A DNA stretch of 64,000 nucleotides from NCBI RefSeq assembly GCF_022655035.1, contig NZ_JALCUA010000002.1, positions 34,745 to 98,744 of the forward strand, written 5' to 3'. Positions 63,662 through 64,000 of the stretch are shown here, in pieces. The notes under the pieces were generated by a model. That model was not told the origin of the DNA. It did not search any database and worked only from the letters and a program-made list of their open reading frames with translations. Source of the stretch: Bifidobacterium tibiigranuli (GTDB lineage: Bacteria > Actinomycetota > Actinomycetes > Actinomycetales > Bifidobacteriaceae). Every line of letters begins with the position of its first letter. Positions within the stretch are counted from its first letter, which is position 1. The position numbers and the translations under genes are program-made.

Positions 63662-64000
63662 ATGGGCGACGCGGTCGCATTGCAGCTCAAAGGTGTGGAG
63701 TTCCGGCGTCGGCGTCGCGTGATTCTCACCGATGTGAATCTGGAATTGAAGGCCGGGGAGAAATGGATTCTGTTCGGCCCCAACGGCATCGGCAAATCCA
63801 GCCTCGTGCAGATGATGAGCACGCGCGGCTTCCCCTCCGAAGGCACGGTCGACATCCTCGGCAATCGCCTGGGCAAGGTCGACGTGTTCTCCTATCGCCA
63901 TCGCATTGGCCTGAGCTCGGCGGAGCTATCACGCGCCTTCCCGCCGGAGGAAGACCCGCTTGACGCCGTCGTGACCGCGCTGACCGCTACGACCGGACGA
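63662..64000 (+). CDS. ABC transporter ATP-binding protein (5' part; runs off the window)
   Basis: MGDAVALQLKGVEFRR...GEKWILFGPNGIGKS (Walker A); frame open to the end of the window. Confidence 0.85.
   Translation, partial: MGDAVALQLKGVEFRRRRRVILTDVNLELKAGEKWILFGPNGIGKSSLVQMMSTRGFPSEGTVDILGNRLGKVDVFSYRHRIGLSSAELSRAFPPEEDPLDAVVTALTATTGR

Overview
High-GC actinobacterial chromosome segment, most consistent with a Bifidobacterium (inferred from gene order and protein sequences, not from a database search). The housekeeping backbone is: ECF cbiMQO-like transporter, alaS-ruvX-mltG-aroC-aroK/aroB...aroQ-pyrG, sufBDCSUT, glgC, trmH, tRNA-Leu(GAG), rsmE-hit-phoH-ybeY-CBS/hemolysin-era, long-chain acyl-CoA ligase, rplY, ilvE, rpsT, lepA-hemW, gltBD and glgA. 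Accessory DNA sits between these blocks. The main insertion is about 7 kb and separates aroB from aroQ. It holds (i) an internalin/InlB-like surface protein behind a promoter with a G10 tract between its putative -35 and -10 boxes, (ii) a lower-GC three-gene module (TIGR04255-family protein, HTH protein with a long N-terminal extension, MazF/PemK-like protein) that is the best candidate for an undescribed toxin-antitoxin-chaperone or defence system, and (iii) a PadR plus HAAS-like membrane protein pair. Other notable items: a formate dehydrogenase with the Asp->Gln (YTQRH) NADP+-preference signature next to gltBD; a VOC-TipA-like operon with a ptipA-like MerR promoter; a 70-nt dispersed structured repeat with compensatory base changes; a diverged duplicate of the hemW 5' end; and several families of REP-like long hairpins. 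No CRISPR array, integrase, transposase or rRNA was seen. All family assignments come from motif recognition by eye. GC statements are visual estimates, and start codons were chosen by RBS/homology judgement.
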